Below, piece after piece: positions 13,518-27,327 of a stretch of 64,000 nt of DNA. Below the pieces are notes generated by a model. That model was not told the DNA's origin. It was given only the letters and a program-made list of their open reading frames with translations, and ran no database searches. The translations under genes and the position numbers were made by a program. This stretch comes from Octopus bimaculoides (taxonomy: Eukaryota), in the NCBI RefSeq assembly GCF_001194135.2, contig NC_068987.1, forward strand, positions 3,220,166-3,284,165, read 5' to 3'. The number at the start of each line of letters is the position of its first letter. Position 1 is the stretch's first letter.

Positions 13518-15549
13518 TGTAGAGGAGGGCTTTTCATTTGGTTTCTTGATCTCACTGGTGTCAGAGGACATGGGCACAATTTGATCATATTTCTTCTACA
13601 TTTTGAAAGAAAATACAAGGTGTTACTTTGACTAAATAAGTTTCTTAGTCAAATTAGTCTGGATCTTGTCTGTGTTCTATCACCAACACACTAATGTCCA
13701 CTGGAGATATTATTCTGATCTCTTCCTGCTCTGCTGAATGTAGAGTCTAACAGGACAAGCAATATGTAGGATTAAGTAAAACATCATGCTACAACGTAAT
13801 CAAAATTAATATTTCAAGTTATTTTTAGCCCAACATCAGCTCTGACTATTGTTTTTTGGGGGGGATTTTTTAAAAACCTATCGAATGTGTCCCTCTTCCC
13901 CCCCCCCTCCTAAGATGGTATAATGTGCTTTGAGGAAGATTTAGCTACTACTTCTAGCAGGCTGAGCAATCATATAAAGTCTCCTTTCAACGACTGGTAT
14001 GATTACGATCTTGTGTTTTTCTGTAGGAGTTTTACTGTGATCAAAACATTCCAATGACCAGGTGTTCCAAATAAATACTTTATTTCATAAACATGGACAC
14101 ACAAGACATTGTATATCGACAACATTCCTTCCAAGATAGCTGATCATAATGTCAATGATGTTTAAGAATAAAGAAACTTTAAAAACACACAAAACAATGA
14201 ATAAATTATAAATTAATGGCTAATTGAATATTTCATCATTTAAAACAATCTGCATGTATTTGATGTAAAAATTGATTTTATTTCACTTAGATTTGTGTAA
14301 TAAGATGAAGTAGAATGGAATATTTCTGGCTGTATTCTTCATAGATGGTGAGAAGTGGTGAGTTTGTAAGATGTCCAGGTCGGTACGGTAGGTGTGTTAA
14401 TTATCACAGGAAATGACATAGAAAACAAGACAAAAAAGAACAAGAAACAAGCAAAGAGGAAGAAAAAAACTAACACTTACCTGCCACCAAGCCTAGTATG
14501 TGCATTTCTTATATTATCTCTCTCTACTTCTATCTGCTATCATTATAGAGAAATTAACATATTGCTAGAACATTCTTTAGGAACTGTTAACTAAATTCTC
14601 TGCAACATTTTAATTTGGCAGCTTCCGAAGAGATATGCGTGAACCTTCCTAGTAGCAACTGAGCGATATTTAACAGCAAGAACTGTAGCTGTAGTTTAGC
14701 AAACCCTCAATTGTAAATACTCCAGATGTGCCCTTCCGTTTTTCAAAGACAAACATTTCTATTTCATGTGCATAAAGAAGCGGGGGGTGGGGGTGGGGAA
14801 TCACTTCATAGGACACAATTTATAACCTTGTCACTAAATTCTGATTTGAAGTATTTTGTTATTTATTATTTAAAAGATGAGTTTTCAATATGGAGGTCTG
14901 TTTAGGCAAATATTTTCCAGAATCTTTGGACTGGGCCATTTGGTTTTAGAAAACTGTTGTGTAGGTAGGTTTCATATATTAGTTTCATTAAAATTTAGCA
15001 TTTAATTTTCAAATACAAAATCGACAGAAATAATGCAAAAAGCTAATGGCATAAAGAGGTCCTTCTTGGTTAACAAAAACTTTGTGATTATAGGCACAAG
15101 TACAGCTGTGTGGTAAGAAGTCTGCTTCCCAACCACAAGGTTCCAGGTTCAATCCCAACATGTAGCACCTTAGGCAAGTGTCGTCTACTATAGCCTTGTC
15201 AGGGGATTTGGCAGACAGAAACTGGAAAAGGCCTAGTTGTGTGGGTATAGGTGTAAGTATATATAGGAAAGCTGAATAAAGAGATGAACGCTCAGGATGG
15301 TGTTAAACCATTTATATCTTGAAGTTTTCTACATACGTTTCGACGGAGGGCACTCCAAAAATGTCCAACCGGATAAGTATCAGGCTTTAAAGAAAAAGTA
15401 CTGGTGTCAACTCAAATGACTAAAAGTAGTGCCCCAGCATGGCCGGTCTAATGCCTGAAGCAAGTAAAAGGTAAAAATTGTCCTTCATAGAAAAGGGGAG
15501 GTAATTAAGAAATACTTCAGAATCTTGAAGTTAATTTGAGCGTTTCGTT

Positions 15550-15916
15550 CAATGGTTCCCAACCTGTGGTCCGCGGACCCCTGGGGGTCTGTGAACAGGT
15601 TAAGCAGACAGAGGTTTCAATATCCAGGGGTCCAAGGCAGCAAGCTGGCAGAAACATTAGCACGCCTTGCGAAATGCATATCGGCATTCTGTCTTTATGT
15701 CCTCAGTTCAAATTCCGCTGAGGTCAACTTTGCCTTTCATCCTTTCGGGGTCGATAAATTAAGTACCAGTTGCATACTGGGTCGATCTAATTGACTGTCC
15801 CCCTCCCCCAAAATTTCGGGCCTTGTGCTTAGAGTAGAAAAGAATATCCTGGTGTCCATGGGAAAACTCATTTAAATAAAAGAGGTCCTTGATAGTGAAA
15901 AGGTTGGGAACCACTG
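15550..15916. mobile_element. hAT (Charlie-like) MITE with a nested SINE
   Basis: TIRs caatggttcccaacct and aggttgggaaccactg; 8-bp TSD gtttcgtt/gtttagtt. Confidence 0.8.
15636..15842 (+). mobile_element. tRNA-related SINE, family S2, inside the hAT MITE. Other copies (approximate): 9230-9410, 16940-17100, 18090-18245, 22050-22200, 24460-24600, 25105-25300, 30520-30680, 32995-33075, 34190-34400, 49659-49870, 54098-54295, 55415-55510
   Basis: Shared core ttctgagttcaaattccgccgaggtcgactttgcctttcatcctttcggggtcgat. This copy has a 17-nt TSD (15619-15635 and 15843-15859, 3 mismatches). Confidence 0.8.
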
Positions 15917-16442
15917 GTTTAGTTGGTGAGGGATTTCAACATTCGTTTCTGGATGAGGTACATATATCGATCTTTGAGACATCATCATAGTCATGTGAAA
16001 TAAGGTTTTTAGTCTGGCGATTTCAGTGTGAGCAAAAATTTAACACAATGAGAAAATATGGGTATTTTGAAGTAGTGAGGTATAAGAGATCCCTTACTTG
16101 AAAAACAGTTAAGGACTTCATATGGCTCCCATGCCTGTGGCACATAAAAACACTATCTGAACATGGTCAATGCCAGGCCCACTTGACAGACTCCTGTGCT
16201 GGTAGCATGTAACATGCACCCAACACACTCTCGTAGTGGTCGGCATTAGGAAGGGCATCCAGCTGTAGAAACATTGCCAGATCAGACTGGAGCCTGGTGC
16301 AGCCTCCTGGTTTGCCAGACCTGTCCAACCCTGCCAGCATGGAAAACGGATGTTAAACGATGATGATGATGTATTTGTGTGTATCATGCTGACACAAAAA
16401 AAAAAGAAATGTAATAACAAAAAGTATATCTGAAAGAAAATA

Positions 16443-19400
16443 TTATTCAGCTTTATTAGCATCATCAAGGACCTCCTTAGTTGAATCCCTTTCTTTTGCA
16501 GTATTAAAAACTTCATTAGTTGAATCAAGATCATAGGATTTATCCAGCTTCCGCATGTCCCGGCCAAGTTTGGCTCCAACCCTTCCGACATACTTCAGAG
16601 CACTCTGTTTATGAAGTAAACGTCGATACTGAAAAACAGAAAATACAATTCTCATCAAACTTAAAATGACCCACAAATAAAGCCATTCAAAAACAATTTT
16701 GTAATTTAAGACAATATTAAAGAATTTCATTAGAACACCTATTGAAAGTAAATTATTACTTACTTCATTTGGAGATTTATAATGAGGATTTATATACAAG
16801 CAGGATTTGCAAAAACTTCCTTCAAATATTCGGACAAGATTAAGCACAAATCGTGGACCTAAAAGAAAAAAAATTGTTTTTATAAATTACCAAAATTATT
16901 GCAATTATTAAAAGAAAGAAAAGGTAGCAAGCTAGCAGAACTGTTAGCACAACAGGTAAAACGTCTAAGGGCACTTCGTCCATCTTTACATTCTGAGTTC
17001 CATTTTGCCTTTTATCCTTTTGAAGTCAATAAAATATGGTCTGTGTAGCTGACTTACATTCCCCCACCCTCCCGAAATTGCTGGCCTTGTGCCAAAACTT
17101 GAAACCATTATTAAAATACAGAGATGTGTAAAATTAGATGAAACAACATAACACAAGAAAGTCCATTTTATAGTTCTTTCTATAAACTGAACTACTTTCT
17201 CAGTTTAATGGACTTCATTCTTTGAGATGAATAAATTACATCAGACAAGTAATTATTATTCTCACCAAAATTCTGTCAATGTCCAAGTAGAAACTAGCAA
17301 TTCTCATAAAATGGAAAAAAATCACAAGAACTTTATTTTGATGGACTTCCACCCAACCCATTTGATGGCTTTATAGACACTTCTTTCAAAATCCGTTTTG
17401 CTTTTCACACATTCACTTGTGTAGTTTGAAACTATGTCAAAGAAAGAAACCTCTGTCCCTTGCAAAACCTTACATGGACCCCTAATATATGTGAATCCCC
17501 AATTTACTATTTGGCCTGCACGGACCCTCAAGTCTTATGTGGACTAAATTAAAAATATTTCACTGGAACTTAATTGCATTTGGCTCAAAACAAGGGAATA
17601 GAACCAAACACAAGGTATTTTTAAACCAATTCCTCCACTTTTTTTGTATAAAGAAACTTTATGCAAAAATACTCACCAATTTCTACAAGTGTCCCCAGTT
17701 CATCTGTGATAGAATAATTTCTAAACCAAATACGATTGTCAAGGATTGAAAAAGAGAAAATGTGATCAATGAAAGGTTGGCTCTTTGGGTGTTGATTTGG
17801 TGTTCCAAAAATCTGAAATTCAAGAAGGAAAAGAAATGGTTAAAGATATTTAAAAAAAAAAATTCAGAATGTATATAGATTACAATTTGTCATCATTTAA
17901 CGTCCATTTTCTATGCTGGCATGGGTCGGGTGATTTGACAGGAGCCCATCAGGTTCCATACTTTGTTTTGGCATGGCTTCTACAGCTGGATGCCCTTCCT
18001 AACCAACCATACATATTAATATTTAGAACTTCAAGACAAATAAGGTTTCACTCATTAACACAGCAAGATTAATTATAATAACAGTTTCTAACATAGGCAC
18101 AAGGCCTAATAATAATGGTCTCAAATTCAGCAGTTTTTGAGGGGAGGGGTAAGTCAGTTACATCTACTCCAGTACTTGACTGGCAATTATTTTATCAACC
18201 CCAAAAGGATAGGCAAAATCAATCTTAGTAGAATCTGAACTCAGAATGTATACACACACACACACACAACTGAAGGACTTGCCCACAATTTTGCTCAATC
18301 AAAGTAGAACTAAACCAAGCCAGCCTCTGCCCCACCCCCATGCCTGCAGAAGTAAGTTGTATTATAAAAAGGAGTTGGAAAAGAATAGTAATTACTACAA
18401 TGGGAAAAGATTTTTCTGAATACAAATACATCTTAAATTCAGAGCAAAAATCCAGAGTACACACACACGCACGGAAGATGAATATTATTATAAAACATAA
18501 CTCACTTGTGTAAACAATTCTTTTAGGATTTTCCAGTGTGGTTCAGAATCAAATGTCTAAAAACATTGAAAGTAAAAAAAAAAGTAAAACCACAAATTAA
18601 AAATCCTCAAGCCCTTGATGGAACCTACATTTTCCTTAAGCCATCATTACAGATTCCCCACCCTCCTCTTTTGGGAGATTTTTTCTGTAGAATATTAACA
18701 GAAATGCTGACTCGACAGAATTAAATTAAAAACAAAGCGTCATCACAATTTACAGAGATTTATCTTAATGTTCTTATCTACCAATACCAATGATGACGAG
18801 AGATTTCCATCGATTGTTGTGTGAGAAGAAGAATTATTTAATATCAACCAGGAACTACATCTCCAGATGAAGTTGGTTGTTTAGCTTCTCAGGAATTTTA
18901 GATATGAACAAAAACAAAGATTAAAATCAAAAGCACATCATTTAACATCTGTGCTGCATGCTGGCATGGGTTGCACAGTTTGAGGATCAGATTGGAGACA
19001 AGGACTGGATCCTACTCCAGTGTCTCAAAGAGACACTGGAGTATGATGCAGTCATACTGAATGAAGTTTCTGGAGAGAGAGAGAGAGGAAGATTTTAGGC
19101 AGCAACACAAGTCCAGATTTACATTTCGTCTGAACCAATTCTGCCTTTAACACTTTCCTTTTGGCTGAAGAGGTTAAAGAATTAAACATGTTGATACAGG
19201 GAAATGATTCAGTTAACTGCATCACTGAAGTGCCAGCAGCCCACAAGGAAACCTTTGCATTTGGTGCGGAATTGTCAGGAGTTTGCATCACAGCAGATAC
19301 ATATGGGGGTAGGGGGAAACCAGTCAATGCAAGAGAGAAAAAGAGGAAATTTTTACTAATTCTGATTACACTAAAATGTTTGATTTAATGTTTAAAAGAA

Positions 19401-22400
19401 AATTAAAATTGAAAAAAGCTTAAATTACAATATTTGTATCAATAAAATATTTAATAAAACAGAAATCAATGAGATTATGAAATGTGAAAACCAGGGAGTA
19501 CTCACTTGATCAAATATCAGCAAGGGTCTTGACCCCTTCAAACAGTTCCCTGTTAATTTCAATTCACACATAGTGTGAACTAAAAACAAACAAACAAAAA
19601 AGCTTTTTAACAAAGATTGAGAAACAAACAAAACAAAATATAAACATTTTACAAACAGAGGTTGGACAAAATAATGGAAACACCTAGCACCATAATTTTG
19701 AAATATCTACAAAACTGTCAAAAGCTTGTTTTTGCTTAATATGTTTTGCTAAAAAGGCTGTTTCTTTCAGATATCATCAGAAAAAGGTAATTAAAATTCA
19801 TTAAAATGACAGATCTATCGGACTTTCAAAGAGGTCAAATTGTTGGTGCTCGTATGGCAGGCATTAGTATAGCAAAAACAGCCGAAATGTTTGGTGTAGC
19901 AAGAAGTACTGTATTGAAAGTAATGACAACCTTTGAGAAAGAGGGAAAAACCTTGTCGAAACAAAACCAAAACTTTCAGATAGGGACCATCAGACTCTTA
20001 CACGAATCATTAGAAAGGATCACAAAAGTACAGTGGAGCTTAATGACCACCTGAAGAACCCAGTTTCCAAAAAAACTGTTTGCCAAGAGCGGCACAAAAC
20101 CAGATTTCACAGGAGAGCTGCAATCAGAAAACCACTACTTTCAAAAACAAATGTTGCAAAGCATTTAGAGTGGAGTAAAAACCTACAGAATTGGTCCCTA
20201 GAGCAGTGGAAGAATGTTATTTTCTTGGATGAGTCATCCTTTACCTTATTTCCAACCACCGACCGAGTATACATGTGGAGACAGCCAAAAGAAGCATTTG
20301 ACCCAGACTGCCTTCTTCCAACTGTTAAACACGGAGGATCTGTGAACATTTATGGTGCATTTTAGAAAAACAAGTAAAGAGTTGATAGCCTCCACCATCA
20401 TCACTACAAGAACTGGAGACTTTTAGCTGAAATTCTTTTGGAAACAATTCAAACTTTGTACAAGTCCATAACTCATAGAATTCAAGCTGTAATTACTGCC
20501 AAAGGTGGTCCTACGCCATATCAAAATAAATTTGTTTGAAATTTTATGGTGTTTCCATTATTTTGTTCAATCCCTGTATGTATTTATGTATATATGTATA
20601 TCTGTGTGTGTATTACCCCACCCCACCTACAAGTACTTGATCAAATCTTATGAAACTAGAAAATCATACACACACACACACAATAATGCTTCATGATGGA
20701 ACTAAGAAGAACATTCAACCTAAAACACGTTATTCACACTGAAAATATTTACTTCAAATTTCAAGATTCTACTTACCGTTTTGTACATGAAACTTAGCAG
20801 ATGGTCCATTTGGGACGTTTGATATCCTACAGAAAGTAAAAAAAAAAAGGACATAAATTAAATGATATAGAAACACATAAAAGCTTCTATTAATATATTT
20901 TACAAAATATGCACACATAAAAAACATTTTCTCAATTTTCACGCTCTCCTGTCTCAAAGAAACTAAACTTACCACATGTATAAATCTTTCTTTTTCCTTG
21001 ATTCAAAAAGTATACACTTATTACAATTCCTCATTTCACACACCTACAAATTAAAAAAAAAAGGGGGAAATATATTACAGCAATGATTCACAGAACTGAA
21101 AGCAGAAATTTTCCAACGACAACTTAGTTTCAATTCCATAATTAAAAAAAATTTTTTTGTCATGCAGAGACAAACCAATGATAAGGGAAACTAGCAGAAC
21201 TGACCTCAGGTTGTTGATCCTCACAGAGGAGATGAGGAACAACCAAGATAATTGATGATCAACCTTGTTCCAGAAGCCCCAAGGTGCTGTGCAGTGGTCC
21301 TGAACCTGAAACCAATTGGTTACAAAGCAAACTTCTTAACCACACAGCTACGCCCGCACCTTATATAAACCATCATGAGCTGAAATCCTTGCAGTAGCCC
21401 AAGATGTCCAAGAAAACAATGTCTTTGTGCCAAGGAGACTTGCTAATCGGTCACACATTTTTTGATGCGGGGGAGGGTTAGGGACCAAAATAATTTAATA
21501 CTGGAAGAAAAACCTTGCTTTTTGTGATGCAGTCTTTTGGGTTATGCTATTTAGCTTTAAGTAAACCCTAACCAGATATAGAAGAGACATTCAAGGATCT
21601 TTTAATTTTAGTGTACTTTCACTGCACTATCCAATGTCTCTATTTCTAAATATAGTAGGATGTGCTTTGAGAGGAATTTGGCTGGTATTTCAAGCAAATC
21701 AAGTGATCGTGTACAGGCTGCCTTGTTGGCTTTGTAGTATGATAGGAAATGATTTTTGTATTTCTAAAATGTCATCAATCATAGCCGTAGAAGAAGCTTT
21801 TAAAACGTAATAGAATCTATCATCAATTAGGACACATATCTAATACAAATGCAAAATCAATAACTAATACAATCAATATGTAAATAATAAGAAATATTTT
21901 TTTACAGTTTTTCACTTACCTGATTTACTGCAGGAATATCATCTTTGCAATTCATTTTGGGTTCTGCCCAGTAAACAAAAAAATAATCTTTTTAGACAAA
22001 CCAAAAATATATGAAGTCAAAATAATAATAATTCTTTCTAATTTTTGGCACAAGGCTAGTAATTTTGAGGGCATGGAGAAATTGACTACATCAACCCCAG
22101 TGTCTCACTGGTACTCATTATATCAACCCCAAAAGGATGAAGGGTAAAGTCGACTTCAGTGGAATTTGAACTCAGAATATAACGATGGATGAAATGCCAC
22201 TAAACACATAATAATATACTGTGCAGGAAACAAACTTCAATGAATATCATCATCACCACTTAACGTCCATTGTCCATGCTGGCATCGGTTGGATGGTTTG
22301 ACTGGGACTGGCAAGTTGGAAGGTTGTACCAGACTCCAGTCTGATTTGGCATTGTTTCAATGGCTGGATGAGTGTAATGGTTGCTTTTACATGACACCTG

Positions 22401-24178
22401 TGTCTGCCACAACTACGATTTCGCTTGACTCGATGAGTCTTCTCAAGTGCAGCATAATGCCAAAGGTTTCAGTCATTCATCATTGCCTCCATGAGGCCCA
22501 AAACTTGAAAGGTGCTTTTCATGTGTCACCCTGATTTTTAATACATGCTGGTAAAAGCATAAATTAAAATATTATCTACTTCTATCAATGATATAACTTA
22601 CACAAAAAGGATATTGTCCTTGCTATTCAAGTAAATAATGGTTATATTTCCACATCTATTTTTTCCATACTGGCATGGGTGGACAAGAGTTCTTGAAGCA
22701 GTTTTCTACAGCTTGATGCTTTTCTCAACACCATTTTTATAAATTTACAATACTTTATTCCATGTCTTTACTCACTGAAACCCATCAAATTACCAGGTTT
22801 TTCCTTTATGTGGGGCCCAAACGACATCACAGCTGGTGTCATGTAAAAAGCACTTATACGGTTGGTGTTATGAAGGGCATCCATGCAAAACAATGGAGCC
22901 TAGTGCAGTTCCCAGCCTTACCAGCGTCCAACCCATGCCAGCATGGAAAACAGTCATTAAATGATGATATATCCAAGATAATACATAGTTACAAGGAACG
23001 TGAAACCATGCGGTTACAAAGTAAGCTGTTTCATCACACAGCTATATTTCCCTGACGTTGAATTAAATGATTTTAGTTCTTTAACTGTTTATTCTAAATG
23101 ACAATTCTAATTCTGCACAATAAAGAAAATAAAGTTTATCAACATCATAGTAATTAAAAGCTTTTACCTCGTTTACAGTGAGGCATTAATCTCTTCATGT
23201 CGTTCATTAAGTGACGAGCCTGGGCCATAATCCCTCGGGTGGCAAGCACCAATACCCTCTGTTTGTTTATCCATTTAGTCTGTATTAAAAAAGACACATT
23301 TCGGCAATTCAGTTACAAGAACACAAGAGAACCAGTTTGAATTCGCATTCACGTTTAAATTGAACAATAAACCCATGGTTGTTCATATTAACTGATTGAA
23401 GCGACCAGTCTATGGTTTGTATCAAAGAATAAAGATAGAAAATGACAAGTAACATTAAGTATCAGATGCCAGGTGGATCCTAAGACCATCCTAAGGACAT
23501 CGTTTTCGGTCTAAACTCGCACGGATCCGTTGACCACCAAAGGAATTTGGTAAAATTTACCAGGATTTTATTAAGTTTAACGATGCAAATGTATACAGTA
23601 AATTAAAAAAAAGACACATAAAGAACATCTGGAAATTATTTTTCACTTTTGTCCATAAATTTATTCGAAGAAAGGTGGGTAGGGAATTCAGCAATTTGTG
23701 GGTCATTAGGAAAATGTGTAGTGAGAAACTTAAATGAATGTAGAACGAATCTGCGTCATTTCACAACATCTCCACGTGAGTGAGAATAACGACTGATATA
23801 ATGAAGTCGTGAATTTCTTCGAATTGTTGGAGGAAAAACATACTTTTTATGGTTATTAACGTTTGAGAATTTTTAATTTACATTTTCTTTTATTTTTTCT
23901 TGAGTGTTCGATTTAATAAATTTTTATGAAAGATAAAAATGAACAAAATACATTTATGAAGCGAAGCATAAGGCTTACGACGCACGTGAAAAAAAAAAAG
24001 GATATCGAATTAGTTATATCGTTTTTGCTTTTTTAATTTCAATAAATTGAAACGGTACACATACCTTTTTGACGGGTGGATCATCAGATTGTATAACAGA
24101 AGGTAAAACTTCAACTTTCTCCTCTGGTTTCGACTTTTTTTTCGCAGGTTCAACACGCGACGCCTTCCTCTTCGCCAT
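16443..24178 (-). CDS. BRIX1: Ribosome biogenesis protein BRX1; exons 24065-24178, 23168-23279, 21920-21963, 20973-21043, 20777-20826, 19506-19579, 18506-18556, 17677-17812, 16764-16858, 16443-16628 (933 nt, 310 aa)
   Basis: Spliced product contains KWINKQRVLVLATRGI, VCEMRNCNKCILFESRKKKDLYMW, GPSAKFHVQN, ELKLTGNCLKGSRPLL, HPKSQPFIDH, DNRIWFRNY and LVEIGPRFVLN, the Brix-domain motifs of Brx1. All junctions are GT-AG and in phase. Confidence 0.95.
19656..20576 (+). mobile_element. Degenerate, internally deleted Tc1/mariner DNA transposon in BRIX1 intron 5
   Basis: 29-bp TIRs (cagaggttggacaaaataatggaaacacc vs cagggattgaacaaaataatggaaacacc, 26/29), TA at the right end. Frameshifted transposase pieces at 19806-20365 (DLSDFQRGQIVGARMAG..., WKNVIFLDESSF, PTVKHGG). 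Confidence 0.9.
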
Positions 24179-24971
24179 TTTTAAATTACAACGTGACGAC
24201 AGGAAGTACGAAACTATCAACGGGACAAATATATGTGCATATTTAATTAAAAACAGACGTGTTCTATTTTTAAATAATTTCGTATTAAAATATCAATTTA
24301 ATTGTAAAATAATTTATCGTCGCAAAATTTATTTTAAATGCGCCTCGGATAATGGTAAACTTGTCGAAAATGAAGGCGATGAATAGTCGACCATACTGAC
24401 CTTCATTTTCGCTTTAAAGCAGCCGACATAATATTTATCTAGACGAGAGAACAATACGTAACTTACATTTGACTTTGCCTTTCATCCTTTCGGAGTCGAT
24501 ATATTAAATACCAATTGTGTACTGGTGGGGAGGGGGTCTATGTAATCGACTGGCTCCCTCCCCCAAAATTTCGTGCCTTGTGCCTAGAATAAAAAAGAAT
24601 ATCTGCATACGACCTTCGATGTTCTGGGTTCCAATCATACCGACTGTGATATTGCCTTCCGTCCTTTCTAGGAATGTTAAAAGATAAGAACTAGTCAGTT
24701 ACTGGAGTCGATTAACCCAATTGTATCGTTTCCCCTCAAAATGAAGAAAGTAAGCGTAAAGCAGACGGAGAAATTCCAACTGTTATGGGTGTCCTCGTTC
24801 GGATTTTCTATAGAACTCGGAACCAGTACAATAAGTTACGTTTCATAAGCAAGAGAATTATGAAGTTCAACAACCGTGCAATGTATATTATTACTAGAAT
24901 GTCGTTTGTTCGAAGAAGTCAGAATATATAACGATCGACTTGAGCTTTACCAAATCAATCTTGGTCTTACC

Positions 24972-25009
<38 letters not shown>

Positions 25010-26126
25010 GTCTGGTTAGTTTGAATTTGGAAAAATAATCTGTTGAAGTTCATTAATGATGTAGCCGACCATTTCTTTTCTCATTGGATCCAATTGGGCA
25101 AATAATCTTTTCTACTCTAGGCACAGGGCCCGAAATTTTGGGGAAGAGGAACCAGTCGATTAGATCGATCCCGGTATTTCACTGGTACTTAATTTATCAA
25201 CCCCGAAAGGATGAAAGGCAAAGTCGACCTCGGCGGAATTTGAACTCAGAACGTAACGGCAGACGAAATACCGCTAACGTTTCTGCCAGCTCGCCGCCTT
25301 AATTGGGCAATAATTTGTATCAGCACTAAAGACATTACGGAAAGAGCCACGAGCTCCCCATCAATCTGCCTCTTTGTAGAGGTCTGATCTGCTTGAAATG
25401 GCACCCAAATCGCTATCAAATTACATCCTAGGGTTTTCAGAGCTGGATTATGTAACCTTAAAATATACTATTTTAAAAAAAAGTAGTGGGGTTGTCACGA
25501 CTGAAACGCTTTCGACTATAAATTTGCTCGATTAGAACAAGTGTATAAGATTGCTTAAAGTGTAAGAAGTTTAACCAAATATATCTTTATTGCTGGAATT
25601 CCAAGTTGTTCTCTGTTGTAAGTATACGCTGAAGAAACCCTACCTAAAAAAAGTCAAACTTTGGATTTATTAATACGATTCAGATTTTGACAACGATAAA
25701 ATCAAAAACAATTTTCAAATGGTTTTTAAATAATTTATGAAGTTATAGTCTTGATTGTGCATTTCGCCGTGAGTAATAACATGAAACTAAGCTTCTGGAG
25801 TAACTTGGTCATCGAAACTTTAGACAAGATTCGCCAAGAGGTTGAGACTTTCTTTTTATTCCTTATTTTCTGTTGGTAGATTTCTATAGTTAAAAATAAA
25901 ATTATTACGTTTATCTAAATTCACTAAAAATATGAAACAAACTTTTAAGATTTCAAGTCGAATTCATTTGAAGTCAATAAACGTCGTAAAGAAAGTGATT
26001 AGAAGCAGGACAGAAAATTCGATTTCAAGTTGCTTTCAACTAGTTTAATGTCAAATTATTTTTTAAAATTAATCTCTAAAAGAGAATAGGCAGGTAGAAA
26101 GGAAATAAAATTGTATTTAAAAAAAA

Positions 26127-26334
26127 TTTATTCATTTAATATTATAAATAAAAGCCATTAAAAGGACATAACAGAATAACTGGGCTAAATACAAGTTCTA
26201 AAAACAGTTAATTTCCGAGAACATGGAAATTGTTTTTAAAGATTTTAATCTAAGATTCCGTCTTGTATTTGCATATTTCGTGTGTCTGTGTATTGGAAGG
26301 AGAAAGATTAAAACCTAATGAATTAGTACTAAAT
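26127..26334 (-). promoter_or_regulatory. mos 3' UTR motifs: Musashi-type ATTTAGT (26328-26334), CPE-like TTTTAAT (26307-26313) and TTTTAT (26148-26153), AATAAA (26127-26132)
   Basis: Motifs read directly on the minus strand; the AT-rich background makes chance matches possible. Confidence 0.5.
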
Positions 26335-26337
26335 ATT

Positions 26338-27327
26338 TTATAATTTAAAAAAGGTCTTGTTAACCCAAGTATTAAAGGTTTCGACTAATCCTTCAAAAGT
26401 TGGTCTGTCCTGCGGTTTTCTATCCCAGCACTGCTTGTAGAGAGTCACATATGCCAAATCTTTCGAAGTCTTTAGAGAATCGATTTCCTTTGGACGTAGA
26501 TTGTCAGTCACCACTTTATAGATAATTACGTGCGGATTCTCATACTCAAAAGGCACTTTTCTTGATAACATTTGCCATAATATGATTCCAAAGGAATAAA
26601 CATCACATTTCTTGGTCGGTTGCTTTCCTTTTAAAAGTTCTGGGGCGATGTATGTTGCCGTACCAGACAATGAAGACGTTTCCACAACTGGCCATTTTAC
26701 ACACTGACTGCAACCAAAATCACAAATTTTACAAACATCATTATCTGTGATGATAATATTTGTGGGTTTCAAATCCAAGTGGACAACATGCTTTGAATGG
26801 ATGAATTCCATGGCCTTTGAAACTTGTAAACCATATTTCACACGACGATTATAACAGAGAACTTCTTTAGAGTCATCGATGAGACACCGTAAATTTCTCT
26901 CGCCAACATATTCCATAAGAATCAAGCCATTTTCATGACCAGTCCAAAAAGAATGGACCATTAGAGTCCTTACTATGTTGGGGTGTTCAAAATGAAGTAA
27001 ACGTTGTTCAGCTTTTAAACATTTTATCACCAAATTGTCAGGTTTGCGATGCAAAATTTTTAAGGCAAATTTTTTCGATTTCCAACAAACTAAATAAACG
27101 GTACCAAATCCTCCACTTCCAAGTTTCTTAATTATATGGAGATCTTTTCTAAGTTGCCCGTCAGCATTGTTATTAAATGGAATAATTTTATGACAATTTA
27201 TGTGTCTACATAAAGAATGCGGTGTAATAACATCCTTAGAACATAAATTGTCGGTCATTTGTTTTGTAAAATCAGAGAAGAAAGTCTTTTGGTATTTATC
27301 GTTGTGATGGGCCATGTTGAAAAGCAT
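26338..27327 (-). CDS. MOS: Mos Ser/Thr kinase (oocyte meiotic MAPKKK), intronless, 329 aa
   Basis: LGSGGFGTVY, HPNIVR, HLDLKPTNI, CKICDFGCSQ, SGTATYIAPELLKG, DVYSFGIILWQM and VVTDNLRP. The DFGCSQ motif and the single-exon structure are typical of Mos. Confidence 0.9.
   Translation of the reverse strand: MLFNMAHHNDKYQKTFFSDFTKQMTDNLCSKDVITPHSLCRHINCHKIIPFNNNADGQLRKDLHIIKKLGSGGFGTVYLVCWKSKKFALKILHRKPDNLVIKCLKAEQRLLHFEHPNIVRTLMVHSFWTGHENGLILMEYVGERNLRCLIDDSKEVLCYNRRVKYGLQVSKAMEFIHSKHVVHLDLKPTNIIITDNDVCKICDFGCSQCVKWPVVETSSLSGTATYIAPELLKGKQPTKKCDVYSFGIILWQMLSRKVPFEYENPHVIIYKVVTDNLRPKEIDSLKTSKDLAYVTLYKQCWDRKPQDRPTFEGLVETFNTWVNKTFFKL

Noticed and set aside
24974-25008. Long poly(T) as the tail of a processed pseudogene
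   Set aside because: No TSD and no adjacent mRNA-like or ORF sequence
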